DNA from: an uncultured Verrucomicrobiales bacterium
GTDB lineage: Bacteria; Verrucomicrobiota; Verrucomicrobiia; Verrucomicrobiales; DEV007
Reading direction: 5' to 3'
Assembly (NCBI GenBank): GCA_938091905.1
Contig: CALKOM010000006.1
Coordinates: 32,001 to 96,000, forward strand
DNA: 64,000 nucleotides
A program made the translations under genes and the position numbers. Positions within the stretch are counted from its first letter, which is position 1. Every line of letters begins with the position of its first letter. Below are positions 38,844-48,954 of this stretch, one piece after another. A model generated the notes under the pieces. That model did no database searches. It saw only the letters and a list, made by a program, of their open reading frames with translations, and had not been told where the DNA came from.

Positions 38844-41800
38844 TTACTGCTCAACGCCTCGGTAGTAGCCGGCAGCTCTTCCTAGGCGTGCGGCATCACT
38901 ATCCTCGAAGTTGATCTCGCCTTGCAATCCGGGCTCGACTACCTCCCAGGTCTGCAAGTCTTGCGAGTACTCGATGTTGTAGGTCGTGTTTGCCGCGCCT
39001 GTGAAGGAGACGCCGATGCTGCCAGGGCCTGAGACAATGGCAATAACCGGTGCTTCTCCAGCTGGTGGCGGTTTGACTGGGCCCAATGTCAGGATCTGAT
39101 TTAACGATGCGCCAGAGGTGGCGAGCGTCACCACTTCGTCATTGGTCAGTGGGCGTGTCCAGAAGGCGATATCATCGATGAGGCCATTCCAGGTCCGGTC
39201 TGCGGTGTCTGGGTTCTGACCGATCATCATGGGCATTACATTATCCTCGAGAGTCGGCGCCAAGCCTTCCTCAACGAGCTCACCATCCACAAAGAGACGC
39301 ACGGCGACATCGGGCTCACTTACGAGGGCGATATGATGCAGCTCACCATCATTCACATCGGGACCTTCTCTGGCAATGTCACCAGCGCCCCCATTGCCAA
39401 CCAGGCGGTTTGTGTCGCCGCCCTGACGGTGGATGCGCCATTGATTCTGTTCCCCCTTCGCTGCCAAGGCTTGCCAGCCTTTATCAAATCCATCGACCCG
39501 AAACCAGGCCGATACGGTGAACCCTGTCGGATTGTCAGGGGCTCCAAAGTCGAACAGATCTTCATTCGCAAGCGGTGTTTCGATGTATTGACCGGCGCCA
39601 TCGAGATCGACGCCTTGGCCAAAGGCACCTTCGGTGAAGGTGAGGTCTGCGGCGGGATGATCGGCGAGTAACTCGGGCATGTCTTGTTTGTCGCCGCCTT
39701 CCCAGACTTTGCCGACGCCATGGCTGTTGCCGGCTGTGTCCTGCAAGTCGCCGTCGAGCGGGTAATAGGCCACCAAGCCTTCCGCCAGCGAGCTGTTACC
39801 ACTGCTTGGGAGGGCGCTCACTATGACGTTGTCGAACTGGATGGTTTCCGTGGCACCACCCGTGCGCGCACCAAAGGCGATCCGCATGGCAGGTGTCGCT
39901 TGGAAATCGTCGAGCGCCAACTTGTCGTAGATGGTCTCGCCATCGACAACCACGGTCACGCCGACACCCGGCTGATAAGTGATGCTAATCGGGTGAAATT
40001 CACCATCGAAGTTGTAGAAACGACTGTCTTTGATGTCTTCCCCATCTTCAAGACGCTGGATCTCAACGTCGTTGCCGTCGAGACTGACATCGATGCCAAT
40101 GCCCGTGGCAGCGCCTTCACCACCATTGTTCCAGGTATCAAACTCCACTGCCAAGCCACTACTATGGCCTTCTTCACCAGCTGTGGCACCGTCATCGATT
40201 TCACCATAGTTGAAGGAGAACCCATCCGCAGGCTGACCTTCAGCTGCGAGTAGCAGATCCGCCTCAAAGACAAAGCCATCGGCGAGATCGGCAATAACCG
40301 GTAGTTTATAGCTAGCGCTTTCACTTCCAACGCCATCTTCAGTGAGTTGCAAGGCTTGATCGACGATCTTCGTGGAGCCTTGATTACTGGAGAGAACAGA
40401 GCCATCTCTCAGATCGGTCTCATCATTCGCGTAGGCATCGAAGTTGTTCTCATAATGAATCGGCACGATCCCACCAGCATCGATCGATTGGATGAACTGC
40501 AAGGATACACCACTGAGAATAGCATTACCGTCAGCGAAGCCAGCATCCGTGCCGTTCAAGTCGATGACGACATCGCCGGCTTCGGTCTGATTGAATTCGT
40601 AAATGAGGTAGGCAGCAGAAGCACCACTATAGTCGCTTTCTTGGAACGCGTTCGGGCTGAAGGATTCAACGATATCTTCTCCATCCACTTTGACGAAGAA
40701 GCCGCGGTCGCAACACTTCTCACCAAAGATCATTTGTAAGCGATAGGCGCCGCGGTCCACATCCTTGAGCGTCACGACGACACCTGAGGGTTGGCCCGAC
40801 CAGCGAATACCACTGGCGACCTTGGCCAGACCAATGCCTTCAGGCGAATCACCGAAGTTATTGGCTGCGGCCCAATCTTCGATGTGATTCGTTGCTTCGA
40901 TTACAATATTGTCAGGAGCTGGGGTGTCGGCGAGGAAGAGGATATCACCCACCTGCACGTCTTCTTCGGTCTCGGCCACATTGACCGCGTGGGTGAATGA
41001 ACCGGTGATGGTCAGATCACCGAGGGTGTCTTCGGCAAGTTTCCCCACGAGCACTTGCTCATGGATAGGCCCACCTTCCTGATTTCCAGGACTGTTAGGA
41101 TCGAGAGGGTCGAAGCCGTTGGCCACTTCAAAAGAGTCGCTGAATTTGTCGCCATCGGTGTCACGATTGGTGGGACTCGTTCCAAATTCGGCTTCGCGGC
41201 CGTTGGTTAAGCCATCACGGTCATTGTCACCGTCTGAGAAATCGTTAGGGTCATTCCCGCTGGCAAGTTCAGCCGCATCTTCAAAGCCGTCATCATCGGA
41301 ATCTACAGAGAGCGGGTTGGTCTCATGGATGTTCACTTCCGCTCCGTCTTCGAGACCATCGCCATCGGTATCGACCAACAAGGGATCCGTTCCAAGCTCA
41401 GCCTCCAGGTTATCGGCCAAGCCATCGCCATCGCTATCGATGGGCGCATTGTCGCCCACTGGCAGCGACAAGCCTGGGGAGTCTTTCAATTGACCGACTT
41501 CATCCGCCGTGATGATTCGATTGTAGATCTGCACATTATCAAAGGTGCCGTCCAGGGGCAGGCCCCCATTGTAAGAGCTGAACTGAAACGCGAAGGATCT
41601 GTTGTCCGTCAATACCAATGGATCTGGCAAGCTGTTAGCCACGCCATCGACATAGATAGTGGCGCTTCGAGCTTCCGGCGTGTTGTCATAAACGAGCACA
41701 ATGTGATGCGCTTGCCCTGCGACTAAAACGTTCTCTGCTACGAACTCTGGATTCTCCCCGGCAGATTCTGGGAGCCACGCTAACGAGCTGTCTATGGCTA

Positions 41801-43190
41801 GAAGCGCGAAGGCTGGTGTGCCAATGTTACCTCGAGCGAAGACAGTCCCGACGTTGGCACTCAGGGCGTCTAGTTGCATCCATAACGAAACACTAAAGTT
41901 GTCCAGTGCTTCGATGCCTTCCACCACGAGTTCGCCGCCGCCGGAAGTCTTCAATGCGGTGCCTCCTGAGAGGCCCTCAGCACCAAGCTCAGCCGTGCCA
42001 GCTGGTATGAGCAAAGTTCCGTTGTTTCCATTACCAGAAATATCGGCCACCTCGAGATTACCAATGGCCTCATCGAGCTGCAAATGGGTGAGTGGGCCAA
42101 GACGATTGATCACACTGGCGGTCAAGGGAACCGTGATGGCGGTTTCGGTTTGGTCATTGCTAGTAATCTCCATCGTAGCATTGAACGCGCCCGTTCTGCC
42201 AGCCGGATCAAAGCTCACCTCAAGCTCCGCTTTGGGTTCTGGTGCACCATCCACGCCAGTGTCGGCAGGCACCGTGACCGGCAATGCCGTCAGTACTGTG
42301 AAATGGGAGGCATCCGGGCCGGTGATCGCAATGCTAGAAACCTCCAAATCTGTGGTGGGTCCGGTATTGCGTATTCGAAACGTATTGACTGTCGCAGGTG
42401 TGGAGGACACCTGCCCGAACTTGAGTGCCGAGCCGGACAGCAAATTGGGGTCATCATCGCTGGTATTTAGCGTGTGCACCACCAAACCTTGAAGAATGGG
42501 ATTGTTGTCCCCACCCAACTGATCTTGGCCACCAATGTGTTGTTGCATGATGATATTAAGTTCGCCATCACCTGAGGCTTCGAATTCTCCCACATACACA
42601 AAGGTGTTCTCAGGAGACCAGGCATCAGGATCTTCGTTGGTGCCTTCAGAAGTGAAATCGTCCACTGTTAAGACATCATTGACCGAGATGTCCCAGTGCC
42701 GATCACGATCGGCACCTTCATTGACTAAGATTTGGACTTCGTAGAGGCCGCCACCATCGAGACCGGACACATCCATGGTTAAAGGGCTAGGTGCTGCTGA
42801 CCAACGGATGTCCTCCATGATGGCAGACAGATTGTCCGCCGAATCGCCATCACCACCGCTGAAGCCTGGTGCTGCGGCCCAGCCATCGATAAAGTGTGTG
42901 GATGTCAAGTCGACCCGCACGCTTTCGCGTTCTACCAAGCCGATGGTATTGTCATCCGTCTTATCAGTTTGAAAGAGGACGCCGTTGACTTCGCGATCTT
43001 CATCCCCAAAGACATCCACAGCGACCACGACAGTGTCAGGGTCGAGATGCAATTCATCGGGGCTGGTGATTTGGAGGATCCTGCCGTTGCCATCGTCTTC
43101 ATTGAGAACGATGGTCTCGGCAGCTAGCGGTGTTGTGTGAACGATAAGAAATGTCGTCAACATCACCTTGAGTGAGAGGTGTAGTTTCAT
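38844..43190 (-). CDS. Large acidic secreted protein with LamG/concanavalin-like domains, an Ig-like domain and Ca-binding DxDxDG repeats
   Basis: Signal peptide; LamG ends GTFDNVQIYNR and GLIDDIAFWTRPL; DSDGDGL/DTDGDGL repeats; legume-lectin-like ADGFSF..LAVEFDTW; IRNTGP...ITSND. Confidence 0.85.
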   Translation of the reverse strand: MKLHLSLKVMLTTFLIVHTTPLAAETIVLNEDDGNGRILQITSPDELHLDPDTVVVAVDVFGDEDREVNGVLFQTDKTDDNTIGLVERESVRVDLTSTHFIDGWAAAPGFSGGDGDSADNLSAIMEDIRWSAAPSPLTMDVSGLDGGGLYEVQILVNEGADRDRHWDISVNDVLTVDDFTSEGTNEDPDAWSPENTFVYVGEFEASGDGELNIIMQQHIGGQDQLGGDNNPILQGLVVHTLNTSDDDPNLLSGSALKFGQVSSTPATVNTFRIRNTGPTTDLEVSSIAITGPDASHFTVLTALPVTVPADTGVDGAPEPKAELEVSFDPAGRTGAFNATMEITSNDQTETAITVPLTASVINRLGPLTHLQLDEAIGNLEVADISGNGNNGTLLIPAGTAELGAEGLSGGTALKTSGGGELVVEGIEALDNFSVSLWMQLDALSANVGTVFARGNIGTPAFALLAIDSSLAWLPESAGENPEFVAENVLVAGQAHHIVLVYDNTPEARSATIYVDGVANSLPDPLVLTDNRSFAFQFSSYNGGLPLDGTFDNVQIYNRIITADEVGQLKDSPGLSLPVGDNAPIDSDGDGLADNLEAELGTDPLLVDTDGDGLEDGAEVNIHETNPLSVDSDDDGFEDAAELASGNDPNDFSDGDNDRDGLTNGREAEFGTSPTNRDTDGDKFSDSFEVANGFDPLDPNSPGNQEGGPIHEQVLVGKLAEDTLGDLTITGSFTHAVNVAETEEDVQVGDILFLADTPAPDNIVIEATNHIEDWAAANNFGDSPEGIGLAKVASGIRWSGQPSGVVVTLKDVDRGAYRLQMIFGEKCCDRGFFVKVDGEDIVESFSPNAFQESDYSGASAAYLIYEFNQTEAGDVVIDLNGTDAGFADGNAILSGVSLQFIQSIDAGGIVPIHYENNFDAYANDETDLRDGSVLSSNQGSTKIVDQALQLTEDGVGSESASYKLPVIADLADGFVFEADLLLAAEGQPADGFSFNYGEIDDGATAGEEGHSSGLAVEFDTWNNGGEGAATGIGIDVSLDGNDVEIQRLEDGEDIKDSRFYNFDGEFHPISITYQPGVGVTVVVDGETIYDKLALDDFQATPAMRIAFGARTGGATETIQFDNVIVSALPSSGNSSLAEGLVAYYPLDGDLQDTAGNSHGVGKVWEGGDKQDMPELLADHPAADLTFTEGAFGQGVDLDGAGQYIETPLANEDLFDFGAPDNPTGFTVSAWFRVDGFDKGWQALAAKGEQNQWRIHRQGGDTNRLVGNGGAGDIAREGPDVNDGELHHIALVSEPDVAVRLFVDGELVEEGLAPTLEDNVMPMMIGQNPDTADRTWNGLIDDIAFWTRPLTNDEVVTLATSGASLNQILTLGPVKPPPAGEAPVIAIVSGPGSIGVSFTGAANTTYNIEYSQDLQTWEVVEPGLQGEINFEDSDAARLGRAAGYYRGVEQ

Positions 43191-43242
43191 GAGGTTTTAA
43201 GGGTGTAGCAATGGCCATTCCACTCAACAAATGGCCAACTTG

Positions 43243-45156
43243 TCAATCATCAACGACTTGCGGCTCTACAATATGTAACTTTTGCGTATTCGGTGTGCCC
43301 ACTTGTTGCCGCACGCCGCTAGGCCACAGGACTTCCACTTGTGTTGCCTTTGTGTCACCAAGCCCGAAGTAGAGAGGTAACACCCCGTGCGAGAGGTAAC
43401 CCGTGACGCCATCGTGCACTTTGGTGTAGGTCTTCGAATTCGTCGTATGCACCTTCACGATCGCCCCGAGGCCATCACGATTGGATTGCGAGCCTTGTAA
43501 GGTGATCCTGAGTGACTGCACCGTGTGCTTCGCCGTCAGATTGCTGACCAAAACCATGGGCCCGTCGCCAAATTCATTGGTGACAATGTCTAGATCGCCG
43601 TCGTTCTCCAAATCAAAGATGGCCGAACTACGCGACCCTAACGCTGCCCATACTTCGACCGGCTTCGTGAGGCTGTGATCTTTCACCAAGCCGTGGTCTT
43701 TGTCATCACCAGTGGGATCAAGCGTGAACCAAGGCTTCGCAGTGCGCTCGTCCCGACGAGGTTCCACGCCGAGGATGAATTCGGTGTCTAAGAAGGACTG
43801 GCCTTGATTGTTTAGCAACACACTGTTCACGCCATAGCGGAAAGGGAAATTCATGCTCGCGGTGATGAAGACATCGTTCCAGCCATCCGCATTGAGATCT
43901 CCGACTGAGAGCCCCCAAGGCCAGTAGTTTTCAGTGCCGAGTCTATCAGAGATCTCATCGAAAGCTCCGTCAGCTCGGCCTTGGAAGAAGGTGTTGCCAA
44001 AGACGCTAGCGGCTTTCTCGCCAACCATGGATTCCGGCCAGCGCATCATCGACTTCAGTTTCTCCTGGTTCGGGCCTTGGGCTTCGCTCATGTCTGAATG
44101 CATGTCCGTCACAAAGAGGTCCATGAGGCCATCATTGTTGTAGTCCAAGGATTTGATGCCCATGGCACCCCAGGAGGTCTTTGGGAAGCGTTCCGCCGTG
44201 CGGCGCTCGAAGCGTTTGCCGTTCACGTTCTCGTAGAACTCGTCTGGCCCTTGCATGTTCGTTACGTAGAGATCTGGCCAGCTATCGCCATTCGGATCGA
44301 TCGGGCTGGCATCGCCGGTCCAACTCACGTCGTTTAGCTCCATGGCGGCGGACACTTCCTTGAATCGGTTGCCGCCAAGATTGTGATAGAGAAGGCTGCG
44401 CTCATTGCGTTCCTCCGGTTTCAAATGACCGGCAAAGGCGTCATCCACACCGAGGTGGTAGCCACCTTCTCCGCGCTGATCCGGCTTGGTGTAAACGCCC
44501 ACGTTGCAGACAAAGAGATCGAGCAGTCCGTCTCTATCGTAGTCAAAGAACACGCCCGCAGAAGAATGTCCCTTGTGGCCAAGTCCGGCTTGTTTGGTGC
44601 GATCAGTGAAACGCCCTTGGCCATCGTTTTCGAAGAAATGATTCCCATCCCGTACGGTGCTGACGAAGAGATCGGGATCGCCATCGTTGTCGGTGTCTGC
44701 AAACGAAGCTGCGACACAAACTTTATTTCCAAGGGCGATGTTAGGCGTGGTGATGTCTTTGAACTTTCCGCCACCGACATTCTTCCAGAGGCCATTGGAG
44801 CCGATTTGGTTGGTGAAGAAGAGATCGATCAAGCCATCGCCATCCACATCAGATGGGGCAATGCCATTTCCGTGATCGTAGTGCACCGGTTTGTGCAGTT
44901 TGGCTGAATCAGCCACGATCTGGTTCACGAAGGTGATCCCACTTGCGGCTACTTCATCGCTGAACTTAAAGTCATGGTAGACAGCGAACGAAGGGGTGCT
45001 GGCTAGCTGTAGCTGCTTCCGCGCTTCCATCCAATTCGGCTTCATCACGTCTGGAGGATAGGGAAACGGCTCCATTCCCCGAGCGACCGGGACCAGGAAA
45101 CATGCCAATGCGAGCCAGGACTCTAGACTTGGAAAGGGAGAGGTGGCTTGTTTCAA
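43243..45156 (-). CDS. CRTAC1-family protein (FG-GAP repeats + ASPIC/UnbV); start uncertain
   Basis: About seven DxDxDGxxDL blades, then NRDGLGAIV...GYLSHG..PLYFGLG...VLWPSG. Confidence 0.9.
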   Translation of the reverse strand: MKQATSPFPSLESWLALACFLVPVARGMEPFPYPPDVMKPNWMEARKQLQLASTPSFAVYHDFKFSDEVAASGITFVNQIVADSAKLHKPVHYDHGNGIAPSDVDGDGLIDLFFTNQIGSNGLWKNVGGGKFKDITTPNIALGNKVCVAASFADTDNDGDPDLFVSTVRDGNHFFENDGQGRFTDRTKQAGLGHKGHSSAGVFFDYDRDGLLDLFVCNVGVYTKPDQRGEGGYHLGVDDAFAGHLKPEERNERSLLYHNLGGNRFKEVSAAMELNDVSWTGDASPIDPNGDSWPDLYVTNMQGPDEFYENVNGKRFERRTAERFPKTSWGAMGIKSLDYNNDGLMDLFVTDMHSDMSEAQGPNQEKLKSMMRWPESMVGEKAASVFGNTFFQGRADGAFDEISDRLGTENYWPWGLSVGDLNADGWNDVFITASMNFPFRYGVNSVLLNNQGQSFLDTEFILGVEPRRDERTAKPWFTLDPTGDDKDHGLVKDHSLTKPVEVWAALGSRSSAIFDLENDGDLDIVTNEFGDGPMVLVSNLTAKHTVQSLRITLQGSQSNRDGLGAIVKVHTTNSKTYTKVHDGVTGYLSHGVLPLYFGLGDTKATQVEVLWPSGVRQQVGTPNTQKLHIVEPQVVDD

Positions 45157-46950
45157 TGGGGGATCAGAATAGAACTAACAGTCGCATGCAGTTTCGTCAT
45201 CCTAGCTCTCCTTGCGGCGTGTGGCGATGGTGAAAAGGCTGTTTCTGGATCCAAGCGCCGTGATTCGCCAGCTCCTCGCAAGGCAGAGATCACTTTCGGG
45301 GAAATGGGCATTCAAGGGCCGAGCGATAGCCGCGATTGGCCAACAGAAAGCTTCACGGAGCAAGCGAACAAGCAGCTATTTCGACTGAAGGCCTACTTCA
45401 AAGGACAGGCGGATTGGCCAGCCGACATGGTTTCAAAGGCGGTTGCTGACACGGTGTTGCGCCCATCCGCTCTGCAGACAGTTCTCGAAGATGACCACTT
45501 CTACATTCAGCGGGGAACGGGCGGAGATGGCGATACTCTGAGGGATCTTGCCGCTCCCTATCAATCAGAATCTCGGCACGCCAAGTTCAAGATATTTGAT
45601 GTCCGGCAGGAATCCAGGAGGGTTCAGACGAAGATCGCTGCGAGTTTGTCAGGGAAGACGGATCGTGGTTCGCAACAAGAGACCTCGACTTGGGAGGTAG
45701 CGTGGTCACTCGATTCTGACCCGCAGATACTGATCATCGAGCTTCAAGAGTATGAGGTGAGCCTAACGAAACGCTCGCAAACAGGAAGCGCGTTTCAGGA
45801 TGCGACTGAGGCGGTGTTTAAAGACGTGGCCGCTTATGGCGATCAGTTAGCCTATGGGGTCGATCACTGGGCGACGCGAATCGAAGCCGCTTTCGGCATT
45901 GGTGTGTCCGGTTGGGAAGGTCTCGCCTTGGGTGATGCGAATGGCGACGGCCTCGACGATCTCTACGTGTGTCAACCCGGCGGATTGCCAAACCGCCTCT
46001 TTATAAGGAAGCCGGACGGCACGGTGTTTGATGCTTCATCCTTCGCTGGCGTCGATTGGCGTCTGCAGACGCAGTCCGCTCTCTTTGTGGATTTGGACAA
46101 CGATCATGACCAAGACCTTGTTCTCGGCACGACTTTGGGCTTGATCCTCATGGCGAACGACGGTCGCGGCACGTTCACGGTGAAAGCTAGCCAGTTGATT
46201 CCGGAAGGTGCAGCCATGAGTTTATCGAGTGCTGACTTCGATCTCGATGGGGATTTGGATATCTACGTTACCAGTTATTCTCGCCGCCGCAGCATGAGTG
46301 GCGGGACAACGTTGTTAGGGCGTCCAATGCCTTATCACGATGCCAACAACGGCAGTCGCAACGTTCTCTTTCGCAATGATCGGGAGTGGAAATTTAACAA
46401 TGCGACAGTGGAGCTCGGGTTGGATGAGAACAACAGGCGGTTCAGTTTCGCAGCCTCCTGGGAGGACTACGACAACGATGGCGACCCTGATCTCTATGTG
46501 GCGAATGACTACGGTCGCAACAATCTCTATCGCAATGACAGGGATGAAGAAGGGTGTCATCAATTCGTCGATGTGGCCGCGCAAGCCGGCGTCGAAGATA
46601 TCTCCGCAGGCATGTCCGTCTCTTGGGGTGACTATGATGCGGATGGTTGGATGGATCTGTATGTAAGCAACATGTGGTCTTCAGCGGGAAACCGCGTGGC
46701 CTATCAGAGGCAGTTTCAATCGGGAGCTGACGCAGAAACATTGGTGGCGATGCAGCGGCATGCGCGAGGCAATTCCCTCTTCAGAAACTTGGGTGATGGA
46801 ACCTTTCAGGATGTGAGTGTGCATCAAGGTGTCACTCTGGGTCGTTGGGCATGGGGTTCGCGCTTCGTGGATCTGAACAGTGACGGCTGGGAAGATTTGT
46901 TCGTCGCGAACGGTTTCATCACCCAGCCGGATGACTCCGGTGACTTGTGA
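45148..46950 (+). CDS. FG-GAP repeat lipoprotein; N-terminal part of a CRTAC1-like protein ending at an in-frame UGA
   Basis: Purine-rich SD before TTG; LAAC lipobox-like motif; six DxDxDG blades; the frame continues past TGA as SFYWRQVVAQSP into the next ORF. Confidence 0.85.
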   Translation: MFQWGIRIELTVACSFVILALLAACGDGEKAVSGSKRRDSPAPRKAEITFGEMGIQGPSDSRDWPTESFTEQANKQLFRLKAYFKGQADWPADMVSKAVADTVLRPSALQTVLEDDHFYIQRGTGGDGDTLRDLAAPYQSESRHAKFKIFDVRQESRRVQTKIAASLSGKTDRGSQQETSTWEVAWSLDSDPQILIIELQEYEVSLTKRSQTGSAFQDATEAVFKDVAAYGDQLAYGVDHWATRIEAAFGIGVSGWEGLALGDANGDGLDDLYVCQPGGLPNRLFIRKPDGTVFDASSFAGVDWRLQTQSALFVDLDNDHDQDLVLGTTLGLILMANDGRGTFTVKASQLIPEGAAMSLSSADFDLDGDLDIYVTSYSRRRSMSGGTTLLGRPMPYHDANNGSRNVLFRNDREWKFNNATVELGLDENNRRFSFAASWEDYDNDGDPDLYVANDYGRNNLYRNDRDEEGCHQFVDVAAQAGVEDISAGMSVSWGDYDADGWMDLYVSNMWSSAGNRVAYQRQFQSGADAETLVAMQRHARGNSLFRNLGDGTFQDVSVHQGVTLGRWAWGSRFVDLNSDGWEDLFVANGFITQPDDSGDL

Positions 46951-46978
46951 AGCTTCTACTGGCGCCAGGTCGTGGCGC
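46948..46978 (+). promoter_or_regulatory. In-frame UGA plus a SECIS-like hairpin (candidate recoding signal)
   Basis: TGA, 11 nt spacer, then GCGCCA-GGTCG-TGGCGC; the apical loop starts with GG, 17 nt after the UGA. Confidence 0.55.
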
Positions 46979-48954
46979 AATCGCCGGTCGACGAAGTTCG
47001 CCCGGAAGAGGCTAAGGACTACCTGGGGAATTGGGACGCTCTCAGTACGATGATCACGCGAGGGCGCTCCTTCAGTGGTCGCGAACGTCACTGCGCCTTT
47101 CTCAATACGCGAGGCCAATCGTTCGCAAATGTGTCAGGTGGAACGGGGCTCGATCTCATCGATGATGGCCGTGGCCTAGCTGTGTGCGATTGGGACAACG
47201 ATGGTGATCTCGATCTTTGGATAACCCAGCGCAATGGGCCCCGAGTCCGTTTCTTGCGCAATGAGCTTTCTGAGAATGTGAATGCGTTGTCTGTTCGTTT
47301 AGAAGGCGCTACTTGCAACCGCGATGCCATTGGTGCTCGGGTTCTTGCGGAGACATCGAGTGGCCGGAAGCTTGTACGCACGTTGCGAGCAGGCGATAGC
47401 TTTCTTAGTCAATCTAGCAAACTCCTACACTTTGGGCTGGCCTCAAGCGAAACGGTTCTCTCACTCGCGGTGAGCTGGCCAGGGGAAACCCAACCCGAAA
47501 CCTTTCCTATAGATGGCATGAGCGCCTGTCTCCTCGTGCAAGGGGCGGGAGTTTCTAAACCCGAAGACCGCAAACGATCTCCAGAGCCGCTGGCGAGTTC
47601 GGTTCCAAAGGCACCTGATTCTCCGGACAGTTGGCGCTTGGTGCTCTTGCATCGGAAAGAGTTGCCCGAGATCAAGTATGTAGATTTCGAAGGCGATCTG
47701 AGGGCGCTCGAACCCAATGGTCCAACGTTGGTCACCCTATGGGCGAGTTGGTGCGCTCCATGTCTGAAAGAGTTAACAGCTCTTGCCGAAGCTGAAGAGA
47801 CGTTTGGGGCGAAGAACCTCAGGATCGTCGCACTCTGTACGGATGCGCTGGTGGACGGCGATGCCAGAGCAGATTTCGGTCCAGCCAAGGCTTTGGTGGC
47901 CAAATCTGGCTATCCGTTTGACCTTGGATTGGTCGATGCCGGTGGGGCTCAAGCGCTGTCAGGGATCCACTACCGCACGCTCGCGGTGCAACGGCCTTTA
48001 TCCCTGCCCTCAAGTTTCCTAACGGACGCGTCAGGTCGAATTGGCGTTCTCTATCAGGGACCAGTCAGCGTGGATCAATTGCTTGCGGACATTGATCTGC
48101 TAGGATCATCTGGAAACGTAATTGAAGCCGCCGCCTTTCCATTTCCAGGTCGCAACGGCGTCGAGCACTTCACGTTGACACCGTTGACCTTTGCCCAAGC
48201 GTACCACACCAGTGGGGACAGTGATGCCGCTCGTGCCTATCTCAGCGAACAATTGGCTGAACGCGAAGGAACGCTGAAAGAACTCTACTTCCTCGGCACC
48301 TTAGAACAGTCACAAGGCCACTGGGAAGCCGCTGTGGTTGCTTATGGGAAAGTGCTTAAACGTTCCCCTCAGCATCCTGCGATCCGTGTCCCTCTGGGCG
48401 TGGCCCTTTGGAAGACTGGTCGCTTATCCGAAGCCAAGGAGCACTTCAATGTGGCCGAGGCTCTCGGTCCCGAAAGACCAGCTGTCTGGGCGGAGCTCGG
48501 TCGTGCCCATCTTCAGATAGGTTTGCCCGCAGACGCGGTGACCTATTTCAACAAAGGCGGTCATCGCCAATTCGCTGCCAAAGCCTTGTTGGCGGCTGGT
48601 CAAGGGAAGCGGGCTGTAGCGATTTATGAAACGCTGTTGAAAGAGAATCCACAAGCTCACCAAGTGAAGAATGATCTCGCCTGGATCCTGGCAACACATC
48701 CAGAGATTTCGGTTAGAAATGCAAAGCGTGCACTCGACTTGGCAAATCAGTTAGCAAAGCTCTCGGGATTTCGAGATTTGTATGTCCTTGATACCCTGAG
48801 CGCTGCTCAAGCGAATACGGGAAATTTTGAAGAAGCGATCAAGCAGGCGACGACGGCCCGTCGGCTGGCACGGGCCGTCGGCCTCACCAAGCTGGCGGAA
48901 GAGATGAGCGACCGGCTTCGAGCCTATCGAAGCAAACAGCCTTTCCGGAAGTAA
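46972..48954 (+). CDS. Last FG-GAP blade + ASPIC/UnbV + TlpA-like redoxin + TPR; C-terminal part of the same frame
   Basis: DWDNDGDLDLW; NRDAIGARV...SFLSQSS..LHFGL; WASWCAPC; TPR helices and NDLAWILAT...LDTLSAA; in frame with 45148..46950. Confidence 0.85.
   Translation: MAQSPVDEVRPEEAKDYLGNWDALSTMITRGRSFSGRERHCAFLNTRGQSFANVSGGTGLDLIDDGRGLAVCDWDNDGDLDLWITQRNGPRVRFLRNELSENVNALSVRLEGATCNRDAIGARVLAETSSGRKLVRTLRAGDSFLSQSSKLLHFGLASSETVLSLAVSWPGETQPETFPIDGMSACLLVQGAGVSKPEDRKRSPEPLASSVPKAPDSPDSWRLVLLHRKELPEIKYVDFEGDLRALEPNGPTLVTLWASWCAPCLKELTALAEAEETFGAKNLRIVALCTDALVDGDARADFGPAKALVAKSGYPFDLGLVDAGGAQALSGIHYRTLAVQRPLSLPSSFLTDASGRIGVLYQGPVSVDQLLADIDLLGSSGNVIEAAAFPFPGRNGVEHFTLTPLTFAQAYHTSGDSDAARAYLSEQLAEREGTLKELYFLGTLEQSQGHWEAAVVAYGKVLKRSPQHPAIRVPLGVALWKTGRLSEAKEHFNVAEALGPERPAVWAELGRAHLQIGLPADAVTYFNKGGHRQFAAKALLAAGQGKRAVAIYETLLKENPQAHQVKNDLAWILATHPEISVRNAKRALDLANQLAKLSGFRDLYVLDTLSAAQANTGNFEEAIKQATTARRLARAVGLTKLAEEMSDRLRAYRSKQPFRK

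Noticed and set aside
41100..41445. Repetitive DNA in the LamG gene considered as a CRISPR or tandem repeat
   Set aside because: It encodes degenerate DxDxDG Ca-binding peptide repeats, with no identical repeats separated by spacers.
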